A DNA stretch of 64,000 bases, taken from positions 1 through 64,000 of IMG/VR virus record IMGVR_UViG_3300035101_000015; one strand, 5' to 3'. Numbering within the stretch: position 1 is the stretch's first letter; every line of letters starts with the position of its first letter. Below the pieces are notes generated by a model. That model saw nothing but the letters and a program-made list of their open reading frames with translations, was not told where the DNA came from and did no database searches. The DNA is from a virus. Lineage: Duplodnaviria; Caudoviricetes. Shown piece after piece: positions 55,323 to 64,000 of the stretch. Position numbers and translations under genes: made by a program.

Positions 55323-57860
55323 TCACACGGGCTTCGTGTTCTTCGCGATGTTCTGAATGCCACGGCCAATGGCCGGGCCTGCCAGGGCGCCCACGGCGGC
55401 GCCGCGCAGAGCGTGCATCCCCATCGCTGCCTGGGGGTACTTCCCTGCGATGTCGGCCTCGGCCGCCTGAGCTCGAGCTCCGGCGAGCCGCATGGCCTGC
55501 ATGAATCCTCCCTGCTCCTGCGTCTCCATGTCACGGACGCGCTGTTGGAGCTGCGGGCCGGCGACGCTCTGGTGCTTGCCGTAGGCTGCACCCATCCCAG
55601 CGCCAGCCAAAGCCCATGGCAGGCGCTTCTTGGCCTGCTCCAGCACACCAGCGGCCTTGAAGCCGGTGTCTGGCGCCAGGTCGCCGGGTGCGACCTGCGC
55701 TGGCTCGGCGCCGGGCGCCGGCGTACCCTCCGGCGGTGGAGCGACGGCGACCCCTCCACCAGCAGTGGCTTCCTCTGCCTGGGCTGTCTGTTCGGCCGCG
55801 TCATTCTGAGCCCTAGCAGCCTCCTCCATCTCCTTGCTGGCCTTGGCTGGTGGTGCAACAGGCATTCCCCCAGCCCCTGCGGCGTCAGGACCCATCGCAG
55901 TGGGGTCAGTGGGCTGCGCACCCATCCCACCCTGGAGCTCCTGAGCGGCGACCTCGGCTGGGTCCTGGCTGGCCACTTCGAGCATCTGGGCACGGAGCTT
56001 CTGCATCCCCATCCGCATGTTGGCGGCAATCTGGGTCTGCTTCAGGGCATCATCCTGGGCCGCCATGGCGCCTTGGGTCGCCTGCTGGACACTCTGTCCG
56101 GCCTGGTCCGCCTGCATCTGGAGCTGCTGGAGCTGCTGCTGCATGCCTTCGATGGCCTGCTGCATCTCCGCCGCCTGGCCCTGAGCCTCCTGGGCCTGCT
56201 GCTTGTAGTAGGCCGCCTCCTGGGCACCCTGAGCCTGCTGGCCCATGAGCTCGGCCTCGAGGAAGTTGGTCGGCTGGGTGGAAGGGGCAGTCGGCTCGGC
56301 AGGCCCCTGGGACATGTCCGGTGCTCCCAACCCGACAGCCTGCGGCGGCATCCCCGGTCCCTCACCGCTGCTGCCCGGGGCCATGGGGGCCTCGGTCTCC
56401 ATCGTCTCGCCCGGCTCCTGGCCGAGCTTCTGCAGTGCGAGCTGGAACCTCCCCTCGATGGACGCCTTCTTGGTCGTGCCCTTGGACTTCTTCTTGAGGT
56501 GCCGACTGATGTCGGCGCTGCGGCCGACGGTGCCGCCCGCCTCGCGCCCGGCGAGCATGCCGGCGGCCATTCCAGCGATGGTGCCGGCCGGCCCCTTGCC
56601 ACCGATGAGCTTCTTGCCCGCCGCTGCACCACCGACGGCGCCGGCGATGCCACCGAGGGCCTTGCCGTAGCGATGGCCACGCCGCTCTCGGTCAGTCACC
56701 ACGTTCTTGCGGGCCTGAGTGATGCCTCTCTCGGTACCCTTCACTCGCGCCTCGCGTAGGCGGTCCCGCATCTCCGAGGCCGCAGCAGAGAGCTTGGTTC
56801 TATCCTCATGCTTCGCCTTGGCTTTGCCTACCTGATAGGCGCCTCCCAATGCTGCTCCACCGGTAGCAGCTTGGGTGCCACGTACCTTCATACCTTCGAC
56901 TGCTCGTGCTGCACCCTCATCCATTCGGTACACAGGCTTGCTTCTACCGGGGTAGGTACGCGCCTTGTCCATCTCCTTCGCTCGAGAGCCAGTGAGAAGC
57001 TCCTTGTAGCGCTTTCCTACTCCCTTGGCCTTCCCGGGCCACGGCGGCTTCTTCCACTTCCCAGACAGCTTCACTGAAGCGGACTTCTCATCCTCCTCAG
57101 GTTCCTCTGTCTCTTCAGGCTCTTCGACTTCCTCGCCCTCCTCAGCCTCAGGTGCGGCACCCTCGCCACCTTCAGCTTCAATCTGTTCGGGTGCGACAGC
57201 TTCTGTCGCATCTTCAGGTGCCTCTTCCGGCCCAGCCTTGTCCAGCAGAGACTGAACCTCAGGTGGGTAGCCGGGCTTGCTCCCCGGCTCGAGCGCACGC
57301 CACATGTCGTCGATGAGGCTCTGCACGTTCGACATGTACTGGCAAACGCGCATCTTCATCGGGTTGGTACCAACCACAGCCACGACAGCCTGCATGGCCT
57401 GGATGAGCTCCTGCCCACCACGAATCATCGCCTTGCCGATGGTAGTCGGGTCAGTGCTGGGAGGCGGAGGCTCGGTGTCACCGACATGAACCGCCCCAGC
57501 CAGTACGGAAGCACGACGGGAGAAGTACTCCACGATGTCCCGGTACTCGTAGTCCCTGCATTGGAGGGCCTGCTTCACGGACATGGAGGCAATGCCGGGC
57601 CTGATGCTCACGGAGTAGACCATGGTGGCCTGCAGCATGGTCATCGCCTTGGTGATGACCTCCTGCAAGAGAGCCGCCATCTGCTCTGGAGGAACGTCGA
57701 ACTGCCCCTCGAGCTCACCGGTGGTGTCAGGCTCATCGGCGAGCCCAGCGGTCTTCTCCGCCTCAGCAGTGGGCTGCTTCATACGGAGGTAGAAGTCTGC
57801 TCCGTCCTGGAATGGGATGGCCAGGTCACTTCGTAGTGCTCGCTCGAGGGGATTCATCAC
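55323..57860 (-). CDS. 845-aa K-x-A-punctuated protein with ferritin-like bundle, Gln-rich coil and glycine zippers
   Basis: EKTA, EKSA, VKLS, TKLS, KKAS, FKAA delimit modules. Confidence 0.7.
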   Translation of the reverse strand: MMNPLERALRSDLAIPFQDGADFYLRMKQPTAEAEKTAGLADEPDTTGELEGQFDVPPEQMAALLQEVITKAMTMLQATMVYSVSIRPGIASMSVKQALQCRDYEYRDIVEYFSRRASVLAGAVHVGDTEPPPPSTDPTTIGKAMIRGGQELIQAMQAVVAVVGTNPMKMRVCQYMSNVQSLIDDMWRALEPGSKPGYPPEVQSLLDKAGPEEAPEDATEAVAPEQIEAEGGEGAAPEAEEGEEVEEPEETEEPEEDEKSASVKLSGKWKKPPWPGKAKGVGKRYKELLTGSRAKEMDKARTYPGRSKPVYRMDEGAARAVEGMKVRGTQAATGGAALGGAYQVGKAKAKHEDRTKLSAAASEMRDRLREARVKGTERGITQARKNVVTDRERRGHRYGKALGGIAGAVGGAAAGKKLIGGKGPAGTIAGMAAGMLAGREAGGTVGRSADISRHLKKKSKGTTKKASIEGRFQLALQKLGQEPGETMETEAPMAPGSSGEGPGMPPQAVGLGAPDMSQGPAEPTAPSTQPTNFLEAELMGQQAQGAQEAAYYKQQAQEAQGQAAEMQQAIEGMQQQLQQLQMQADQAGQSVQQATQGAMAAQDDALKQTQIAANMRMGMQKLRAQMLEVASQDPAEVAAQELQGGMGAQPTDPTAMGPDAAGAGGMPVAPPAKASKEMEEAARAQNDAAEQTAQAEEATAGGGVAVAPPPEGTPAPGAEPAQVAPGDLAPDTGFKAAGVLEQAKKRLPWALAGAGMGAAYGKHQSVAGPQLQQRVRDMETQEQGGFMQAMRLAGARAQAAEADIAGKYPQAAMGMHALRGAAVGALAGPAIGRGIQNIAKNTKPV

Positions 57861-58318
57861 GTGACCTCAACATGTGCGAAGTAGTTGTCCATGCGGGGAC
57901 TGGAGCCGATGCTCACAACTCGTGGAGCGGCCCCTGACGGGAAGTTATAGACGGTACCGACGTTGTCGGCGCTCTTGCCAAAGCCAAAGATGGCATTGGC
58001 AGTTCCGTCCTTGTCGACAGTGACTCCAGAGGCATGCTCAAGCGCCAGCCTGCCATCTCTGAAGGAGGCAGTGACACCAGCCACGGTGTCTTCGATTTCC
58101 TTCTTGATGCTGTCACCAGTGGGGCCATCGTAGAGCTTGATGCCCTGCCCACCAGCATCACTGAAGGTCACCGTTGTGGTGTTGATGATGAGTGTGAGGT
58201 TGTGCAGACCAAGCACCCGACCCTCAGGGCTGCGCAGGTCATTGCCACCCATCACACCACCGTTGAGGATGAACTCGAGCTCATCCAGGGTGGCAGCTTT
58301 GATGAACTTGTGTGCCAT
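57857..58318 (-). CDS. Structural protein with a sheath-type repeat domain
   Basis: LTLIINTTTVTFSD...IKKEIEDTVAGVTA...GRLAL...GTANAIFGF. Confidence 0.6.
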   Translation of the reverse strand: MAHKFIKAATLDELEFILNGGVMGGNDLRSPEGRVLGLHNLTLIINTTTVTFSDAGGQGIKLYDGPTGDSIKKEIEDTVAGVTASFRDGRLALEHASGVTVDKDGTANAIFGFGKSADNVGTVYNFPSGAAPRVVSIGSSPRMDNYFAHVEVT

Positions 58319-58319
58319 G

Positions 58320-58826
58320 TCAGTAGCTCAGGTAGGTGGCGTTGACCGCCCAGTACTCGGAATGGATACCGACGTTGCCTGGGCCGAGGATGCTCTCGAC
58401 GTTCAGGGCGACCTTCACCTGCTTCTTCATCTGTTCGGTGTACCCCCTGAAGTACTGTAGCCAGTTCATCAGGAGGGGAGTCTTGTCGTTCACCCCGACG
58501 TTGATGCCGCCGGTGGAGTAGTTGATGTGGTTGCGGGTCTGGAGCATGCCCACCGACTCGATGACGGCGATGACCGTCATCCTCATGAGCAAGTGGTGCT
58601 GCTGGCGGTCCAGTAGCTGCTCCAGCGTGATGTCGGTGATGGGAGGCGTCCCGTTGAAGTTGCTGACCGCGTCGAGCACCGACCATGCAATCATCCGGTC
58701 GTTGGTCTCCTCGCCAGCGATGAGCCGATTCAACTCGGCGAAATCCCGGAGGAACAGCCGCACCCCTTGGACGAATGCCTTGGTGGTGTCGCTGACTCCC
58801 GGGATTCCTTCGAGGGTCACCCCCAT
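58320..58826 (-). CDS. Head-tail adaptor/neck protein
   Basis: VRLFLRD..ELNRL...AVSNFNGTPP...RNHINYSTGG; downstream of the MCP gene. Confidence 0.7.
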   Translation of the reverse strand: MGVTLEGIPGVSDTTKAFVQGVRLFLRDFAELNRLIAGEETNDRMIAWSVLDAVSNFNGTPPITDITLEQLLDRQQHHLLMRMTVIAVIESVGMLQTRNHINYSTGGINVGVNDKTPLLMNWLQYFRGYTEQMKKQVKVALNVESILGPGNVGIHSEYWAVNATYLSY

Positions 58827-58831
58827 CTACC

Positions 58832-59374
58832 TCAGCCCTTCTTGCGGCGGGACCGCTTGCTGCCGGTGAACGACTTCTCCTCCGGCGGAGCTGGTTCTTC
58901 CGCAGGCGGCGGCGGGGGCTCGCCCTCGGGGATGGCCTGCTCGCCAACCGCTGGCACGGGCAGCTCGACGCCCTGCGGCACGCCGCCCTCCATCTTGGGC
59001 ATCTTGTTGCCGGCCGGCTTGTCGTCGGCCACCGTATCCGGCTTGGGCTTGGGCTTCGGACCCTCCACCAGCTTGGTCCCCTTCGACAGGGCCTTCAGGG
59101 TGCGGATGTCCACCGGTTCGCCCTTGTCGGTGGTGACCTTGGCAGCACCAACTTCCACCCGGTTGACCAGCTCGGCGTGCAGCTTGCGGATGGTGGTCTC
59201 CGTCACCGGCAGGGGCCGGTTGCGCATGACGCGGATGGAGCCGCCACCCAGCATGAGCACGGTGCGGGACCGCTCCCGAGCGACGGCGGCTCGTCCAGCG
59301 CGCGTCTCCCGACTGCGGGTCATGTTGTGAATCTGGTAGCGCTGTTCGGGCGCCTTCTTGCTCTTCTCGGCCAT
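58832..59374 (-). CDS. Hypothetical protein downstream of MCP
   Basis: Start MAEKSKK behind GAGGAG; Pro/Lys-rich tail. Confidence 0.6.
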   Translation of the reverse strand: MAEKSKKAPEQRYQIHNMTRSRETRAGRAAVARERSRTVLMLGGGSIRVMRNRPLPVTETTIRKLHAELVNRVEVGAAKVTTDKGEPVDIRTLKALSKGTKLVEGPKPKPKPDTVADDKPAGNKMPKMEGGVPQGVELPVPAVGEQAIPEGEPPPPPAEEPAPPEEKSFTGSKRSRRKKG

Positions 59375-59401
59375 GATGTCTCCTCTGTATACCAAGCCTA
59401 C

Positions 59402-59441
59402 AAGAAGAAAGGGCGCCAGCACACTCCGGCGCCGGCGCCCT
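59402..59441 (-). terminator. Intrinsic terminator after the major capsid gene
   Basis: AGGGCGCCGGCGC-CGGAGT-GTGCTGGCGCCCT then TTCTTCTT. Confidence 0.7.
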
Positions 59442-59473
59442 CTCTCCGGGCCGACCAAGGACGGGTCGGGGGC

Positions 59474-60598
59474 CTAGAACTGGACGACCTGCGGGAACTT
59501 CAGTCCCTGGTCGACACGGTTGTTGACCGCTCCGAGGTCCTCCTCCGCCTTCGGGATGAAGTTGGCGAGGAGGCCGTCCGCGTCGGTGCTCGGGTTGGCG
59601 TCGCCGCCGTAGAGCTCCATCTTGCGCACGGAGGCGATGTTGGCGATGAGCATCGAGATGTCCTCCCACGCCTGGAACGAAATCAAGTTCGCCACCTTGT
59701 CGATGTAGAACTTGGTGTTGTTCAGGATGTAGAACTTCCCGAGGAACTCCGGCCGGGTGAAGACGTACACGTTGCCGGGACGGAGGATGTCCGTCTTGAT
59801 GGTGCGGATGTACGCGCGACCCAGGAGGGTGTTGTACTTGTAGCCGTCGACCGTGGTCTCCGACTGGATGCGGTCGCCGTTGTCGTCCACCGTCCACTGC
59901 AGGACATCGTCGTAGTCGACCTCGGTCATCAGCAGGCGCTCGGCCCGCAGACGATTGCCGTCCAGCATCTTGAACAGGTTGACGATGTCCGGCCGTTGGA
60001 TGGGCCGAACGACCGCGTCGTCCGCACCGCCGGCGCCGCGAGCGAGCTCACCCTTGCGGATGGAGAACTCGACCGTGGTCCCGATGGCCGTGTTGTTGAG
60101 GGCGGTGGGGGTGCCACCGTTGGCCTCGGTCTGGAGCGCCTGCACCGCTGCCTCGATGTGCAGCAAGAACTCGCGGTCCTCGATTTCCTGGATGTCCTTC
60201 ACCGAGTTCTCCTCGATGATTTTCGTGATGGGCATCTCGTAGGCGAGGAGCTCCTGCTCGGTCTTCTGGAAGATTTCCGAGCTGATGGTGAAGAAGGCCG
60301 CCTCGGCGCGCTCACCTCGGATGAACCGGGTGGTGGGCTGGCCTCGGAAGCTGATGGCCATCGCGCGAGACTTCGGCTCGATGTCCACAATCTTCACCAG
60401 GGTGTCGTGGTTGGTGGAGCGCTGGCAATCCGTACGGGTCACCTGCTCCGGTGGCAGAACCTTACGCGCGAAGCTCACCTCGCGCAGACGGTCCCGAATG
60501 TACGAGCCTCCGTACTGTGCGAGCTTCTCCTTGCCCTCAGCCGAGTTCAGCTTCGTGGCGAAGGCATCGTTGAGCATGCGCGGCGAAATGGCACTCAT
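59474..60598 (-). CDS. Major capsid protein (probable HK97 fold)
   Basis: 374 aa; IRDRLREVSFARKVL, KDIQEIEDREFL, EFLGKFY; AAGGAG RBS, terminator after, position in head module. Confidence 0.85.
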   Translation of the reverse strand: MSAISPRMLNDAFATKLNSAEGKEKLAQYGGSYIRDRLREVSFARKVLPPEQVTRTDCQRSTNHDTLVKIVDIEPKSRAMAISFRGQPTTRFIRGERAEAAFFTISSEIFQKTEQELLAYEMPITKIIEENSVKDIQEIEDREFLLHIEAAVQALQTEANGGTPTALNNTAIGTTVEFSIRKGELARGAGGADDAVVRPIQRPDIVNLFKMLDGNRLRAERLLMTEVDYDDVLQWTVDDNGDRIQSETTVDGYKYNTLLGRAYIRTIKTDILRPGNVYVFTRPEFLGKFYILNNTKFYIDKVANLISFQAWEDISMLIANIASVRKMELYGGDANPSTDADGLLANFIPKAEEDLGAVNNRVDQGLKFPQVVQF

Positions 60599-60651
60599 CT
60601 TGAGTCTCCTTGTTCCTGTCCTTGGTCTACTGGCTCTTGGTCAGGCTCACC

Positions 60652-61167
60652 CTAGTAGAGCGTGCCGCCGCGAATCCTGAGTTTGCCGCCGTTGCTGGCC
60701 GGGAGGCGGGTGATGAAGCCCACCGTGATGCCCGTGAGCGGGGTCGCGATGGTGCCGTTGTTGACCAGGCCGGCGTAAATCTTCGTCCCGGCGCCGCCCG
60801 GCTGGATGGAGCTGACCGAGACCAGACCCCCGTGGGTCATGCTGGTCGAGTCGTAGATGCGGGTATCGAACTCCCACGCGCCCAGCCACAGGACGGCGCC
60901 CTTGCGCTCTGCCTGGGCCTGGACATCGTACCGCCCCTTCTCCATCCAGTAGGGGTAGCTGTGTCCAGTCGCAGCGTTGCCAGCGGCTGCGATGTCCGCC
61001 GCTCGCTGCATCTTGTAGGCGCTCGTGATTTCCATCCATTCGCCGTCCACCAGCGCCTCCGCGTTGTACGGGTCGGCAATGGTGGGGTCGACGAGAGGGA
61101 AGTCCCTGGTCTGGATGTGCATCACGTTCGAGACGGGCTCGAAGTTGACTTTCTGCACAGTGCTCAT
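60652..61167 (-). CDS. Capsid decoration/cement protein candidate
   Basis: 171 aa beta-rich, immediately upstream of MCP, strong RBS. Confidence 0.6.
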   Translation of the reverse strand: MSTVQKVNFEPVSNVMHIQTRDFPLVDPTIADPYNAEALVDGEWMEITSAYKMQRAADIAAAGNAATGHSYPYWMEKGRYDVQAQAERKGAVLWLGAWEFDTRIYDSTSMTHGGLVSVSSIQPGGAGTKIYAGLVNNGTIATPLTGITVGFITRLPASNGGKLRIRGGTLY

Positions 61168-61206
61168 GATTCCAGTTCTCCTTCAGTCCAACAGGCTTGG
61201 CCTCTC

Positions 61207-61593
61207 TCAGCCGATGCTGCCGAGGAGGTAGCGTGTGAGGTCATCCTCTCCCGCACCAACCGGCGTGTCGTGATGAATACTGGCGGTCTTGAAACTCATG
61301 TCCGGGCCAACCATGTCCACCGCCTCTTCGATGGTTGGCAACTTGCCTTCCTGCGCTGCCTTCTCGAGGTCGGCAACTAGGGAGGGGAACTCGACGTCGG
61401 TGCGCAGGCCCTTCTGGTGCATCATGGCCGCGACCTTTTCGGCGTGTGTGCGCCGTTCGTACGCTGCAACCTTGAGCTGCAGCTCGGCCACCTTGGTGAG
61501 CGCCGAGTTGCGCTCGTTGGTGACTTGCCGCAGGGCCACAGCCGAGTCGGCGAGGACCTGAGCGACCTTCTTCTGGTACTCTTCGTTCTTCAT
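61207..61593 (-). CDS. Scaffold-like coiled-coil protein rich in K-V-A sites
   Basis: KKVA, TKVA, LKVA, EKVA, EKAA, FKTA; C-terminal DDLTRYLL. Confidence 0.65.
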   Translation of the reverse strand: MKNEEYQKKVAQVLADSAVALRQVTNERNSALTKVAELQLKVAAYERRTHAEKVAAMMHQKGLRTDVEFPSLVADLEKAAQEGKLPTIEEAVDMVGPDMSFKTASIHHDTPVGAGEDDLTRYLLGSIG

Positions 61594-61601
61594 CGCTGGC
61601 C

Positions 61602-63011
61602 TCACATTCCGCCTGCGCCAGCACCACCCATGGTGGCAGCGCTCATGCCCGTCTGCCCCTGCGGGGTGGACAGGGCCGGGTTGACCTGAGAGTTCTTCTC
61701 CTTCTTGGCCTTCTTCTTCTCGGCCTCCGCCTCTTCAGCGAGCTTCAGGAGAAGCGCGTGTGCCGCAGCCGTCTTGGTCAGCTTCGACGACGGGGACTCG
61801 GCCGAGGCAATCTTGGCGCCGGCCTCGTTGGTGTGAGTCCATGCCTTCTGCAGCACGGAGTCGTGCGCCGCTGACAGCGCCGGCTCGTCGATGACCTTGC
61901 CCAGGTCCTTCTTCGGGTCGGCCTTGGCCTGGCGCTTGGTGTAGTCGATGGCTGCCTGGTTGGTGGCAATCATCTGCTTCTGGCTCTTGACGTCGCTCGG
62001 CTCGGGCGGGATGGGTCCCTCCTGAGCAGCACTCGCGCCGTCGGGAGCGTCAGCACCCTGCGCACTGGCCTGTCCACCCGAAATCTGGGCGGGGTTGATG
62101 GCGTCCTCGGCCATCTTGGCCAAGAGCTCCATGTTCTTCTGGGCGAGAGCAGCCGTCTTGGCTTCCTCACCCTGGGCCATGCCGGAGAGCTCAAGCAGGT
62201 GCTGGAGGTTGGCCTCGGCCTGCTTCTGAGCAGCGTTGGACGCGTGCTCATTGCCCATCGGGTCGACCGGCTGCTCCGGGTGCTGCATCTCCAGGTTGTC
62301 GTCCATGACGTTGGCCGGACCCTTGCTGTCCGGGAACGAACGCATGGTCGGGTCCTTCTTGGGGACGTCCTTGGAGATGGCCTGGCCACTCTGGCCAGCC
62401 TCCATGACACCGTCACCCTCGGCCTTCGCCTCGAGGACCTCCATGACCTGTCCTGCGCCTTGGCCGGGTCCCACACCAGGGGACGCCACACCGGCACTGC
62501 CGGGGTCGGCCGCTTCCTTCGCGAGGTGCTCGAGCGCACTGGCGTACTTCTCGATGACCTCGTCAGGCAGAACGGCCGACTGCTCGACGGCTGCCGTCTT
62601 CGTCTGCTCCTGAGGGGTCACGGGGTGGCCAAGCTGCCGAGCTGCCTCAGCGGTGATGTCGACCTTGCTGAGCGTGCCCGCCATGGCTTCCTTGACCAGG
62701 TCGTGCATCGTCGGTCGCGTCATCATCCTTGCCATCGAAATCTCCTTGTGAGCCACCTTCGCGGGTAGGAACTCCATCCCCCTAGGTGGCGACGCCTTGG
62801 CTTGAGCTCCCACCGACGGGACCGGCGGAGCTCCGGTGTTCACACGGGAGTAGGTGGTGCGGGGAGCCAGCCCCTTGGGTCCCGTCTGCCCTGGAGCTGG
62901 CTTGTTGTCCACGACGACCGGAGTCGTCCCCGCAGGCGGAGTGGCAGCAGCCTCGGACTTCACCGAGTCGGGAAGGGCTGAGCCCTGGGCTGCTGCCTGC
63001 TTGCGCCACAT
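61602..63011 (-). CDS. K-x-A-punctuated head-associated protein (second in-frame start at 62735)
   Basis: About 13 K-x-A/S sites; AAGGAG before the internal ATG. Confidence 0.7.
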   Translation of the reverse strand: MWRKQAAAQGSALPDSVKSEAAATPPAGTTPVVVDNKPAPGQTGPKGLAPRTTYSRVNTGAPPVPSVGAQAKASPPRGMEFLPAKVAHKEISMARMMTRPTMHDLVKEAMAGTLSKVDITAEAARQLGHPVTPQEQTKTAAVEQSAVLPDEVIEKYASALEHLAKEAADPGSAGVASPGVGPGQGAGQVMEVLEAKAEGDGVMEAGQSGQAISKDVPKKDPTMRSFPDSKGPANVMDDNLEMQHPEQPVDPMGNEHASNAAQKQAEANLQHLLELSGMAQGEEAKTAALAQKNMELLAKMAEDAINPAQISGGQASAQGADAPDGASAAQEGPIPPEPSDVKSQKQMIATNQAAIDYTKRQAKADPKKDLGKVIDEPALSAAHDSVLQKAWTHTNEAGAKIASAESPSSKLTKTAAAHALLLKLAEEAEAEKKKAKKEKNSQVNPALSTPQGQTGMSAATMGGAGAGGM

Positions 63012-63026
63012 CGACGTCCTTGAGGT

Positions 63027-63986
63027 CTACTCGGCCTCTTCCTCCTCGCCGGTTCCGAACACCGAGTCCCAGTTCACGTCGTAGCCGCACTTCTCGAGCA
63101 GCTCGAGCCCGCGCACCTGGATGGCGTCGTTGGTGTCCTCGACGAACGCAATCTTCTCGCTCTCGCCGGGTCCTTCAGTCAGGACATTCTCGAGCAGTTC
63201 GATGCACTCGTCGGTGTCCCAGCCGCCCGCCTCGGCAATCTTCACCGCCTCTTCAGCCGCCAGCATGTCGAGTTGAGAGACCGAGCTCTCCTTCTTCAGG
63301 GCCTTGGCTGCGCCAGCCGCGCCGGCCGCGCCACCGAGAGCACCCGCTGCCAGAGCAGCACGTCCCACGGTCCGCTTGGTGCCCGCCGTACCCTTCAGGT
63401 TCTTCTTGAGCAGTCCGGTCTTCTTGCCAGCCTTGCTCGCGGCGCCCATCAGACGCTCGCCGACACCCTTGGAGAAGCCCTTCTCCGCACGACCGACCTG
63501 CTTGGCCTTCTTGGCAGCCGCACCGTAGAGCTTCTTGGCACCCTTCTGCACGGCCTCCATGCGACCAGCGGCCTCCTTGGCCTGGTCGATTTCCTGCAGC
63601 TCGTTGACGAACGCGTGCGCCATGGTCCGGCCCATGATGTCGGCCTCGGCGAACTTGGCGGCGGCTTCCTTGGCAGCCGCATGCTCAGACTCGGCGGCCT
63701 CTAGCTGCGACTCCTTCTCCTTCTCCTCTTCGTCCTCGCCCTTCTCCTTCTCCTTGGACTCGGAGGCTTCATGCTCCTCGCTCTCGTCCTCACCCTCTTC
63801 CTGAGCGAGCTTGCCGAAGGTCTCGGCGTACAGAGAGCTGACCTGCTCCGGCTGGAGCGTGGTGAGGTCGATGCCGTTGTCAGCGGCGAGCTTCGCGAAG
63901 AGCTCGAGCTCCGCCACCTTCTCCTGGGCTTCCTCGGCTTGGGTGCCGGTGCCGTACATCTCGGCGAGCCACTGATTCATTGCCAT
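63027..63986 (-). CDS. K-x-A-punctuated head-associated protein: acidic - cationic glycine zipper - acidic
   Basis: EKVA, AKLA, GKLA, AKEA, AKFA, AKEA, KKES, VKIA, EKIA; GGGAG RBS. Confidence 0.75.
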   Translation of the reverse strand: MAMNQWLAEMYGTGTQAEEAQEKVAELELFAKLAADNGIDLTTLQPEQVSSLYAETFGKLAQEEGEDESEEHEASESKEKEKGEDEEEKEKESQLEAAESEHAAAKEAAAKFAEADIMGRTMAHAFVNELQEIDQAKEAAGRMEAVQKGAKKLYGAAAKKAKQVGRAEKGFSKGVGERLMGAASKAGKKTGLLKKNLKGTAGTKRTVGRAALAAGALGGAAGAAGAAKALKKESSVSQLDMLAAEEAVKIAEAGGWDTDECIELLENVLTEGPGESEKIAFVEDTNDAIQVRGLELLEKCGYDVNWDSVFGTGEEEEAE

Positions 63987-64000
63987 GGGTGTTCTCCCTT

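Noticed and set aside
59474-60598. Encapsulin or contractile injection system rather than phage
   Set aside because: Capsid, neck, sheath, tube, tape measure and nucleotide-metabolism genes together indicate a tailed phage.
1-64000. Stop-codon reassignment, or introns/inteins in core genes
   Set aside because: Recognisable genes are intact under the standard code and end in TAG or TGA with tight coupling; no intein or homing-endonuclease motifs seen.

Overview
This 64-kb, GC-rich window is part of a large, contractile-tailed (myovirus/jumbo-like) bacteriophage genome, coded almost entirely on the minus strand. Reading in the direction of transcription (right to left): acidic/basic head-associated proteins, scaffold-like and decoration proteins, major capsid protein, neck/closure/terminator proteins, a 1268-aa tail sheath with inserted repeats, tail tube, three membrane/coiled-coil (lysis-like) ORFs, about 25 kb of small accessory genes (CHAP-like hydrolase, Lys/Ala histone-like protein, DnaA-C HTH, dCMP deaminase, dNMP kinase, tail chaperone pair, GroES, GNAT, many CxxC proteins), tape measure, baseplate proteins, more head-associated proteins, DenV-like glycosylase, sigma factor, DUF932-like protein and RNase HII. 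All family assignments are by-eye recognition with no database search. The main candidate for a new system is a set of about ten dispersed virion-gene products punctuated by K-x-(A/S) motifs. The motifs bracket discrete modules (small folded domains, acidic spacers, cationic glycine-zipper helices), which suggests polyproteins cut by a head protease into many small packaged cargoes. Other notable signals are a ~143-nt structured RNA with an anti-Shine-Dalgarno loop behind a recurrent GGnATAAG promoter-like motif, and a well-formed -1 frameshift signal in the tail chaperone gene. I saw no CRISPR array, tRNA, rRNA or transposase.
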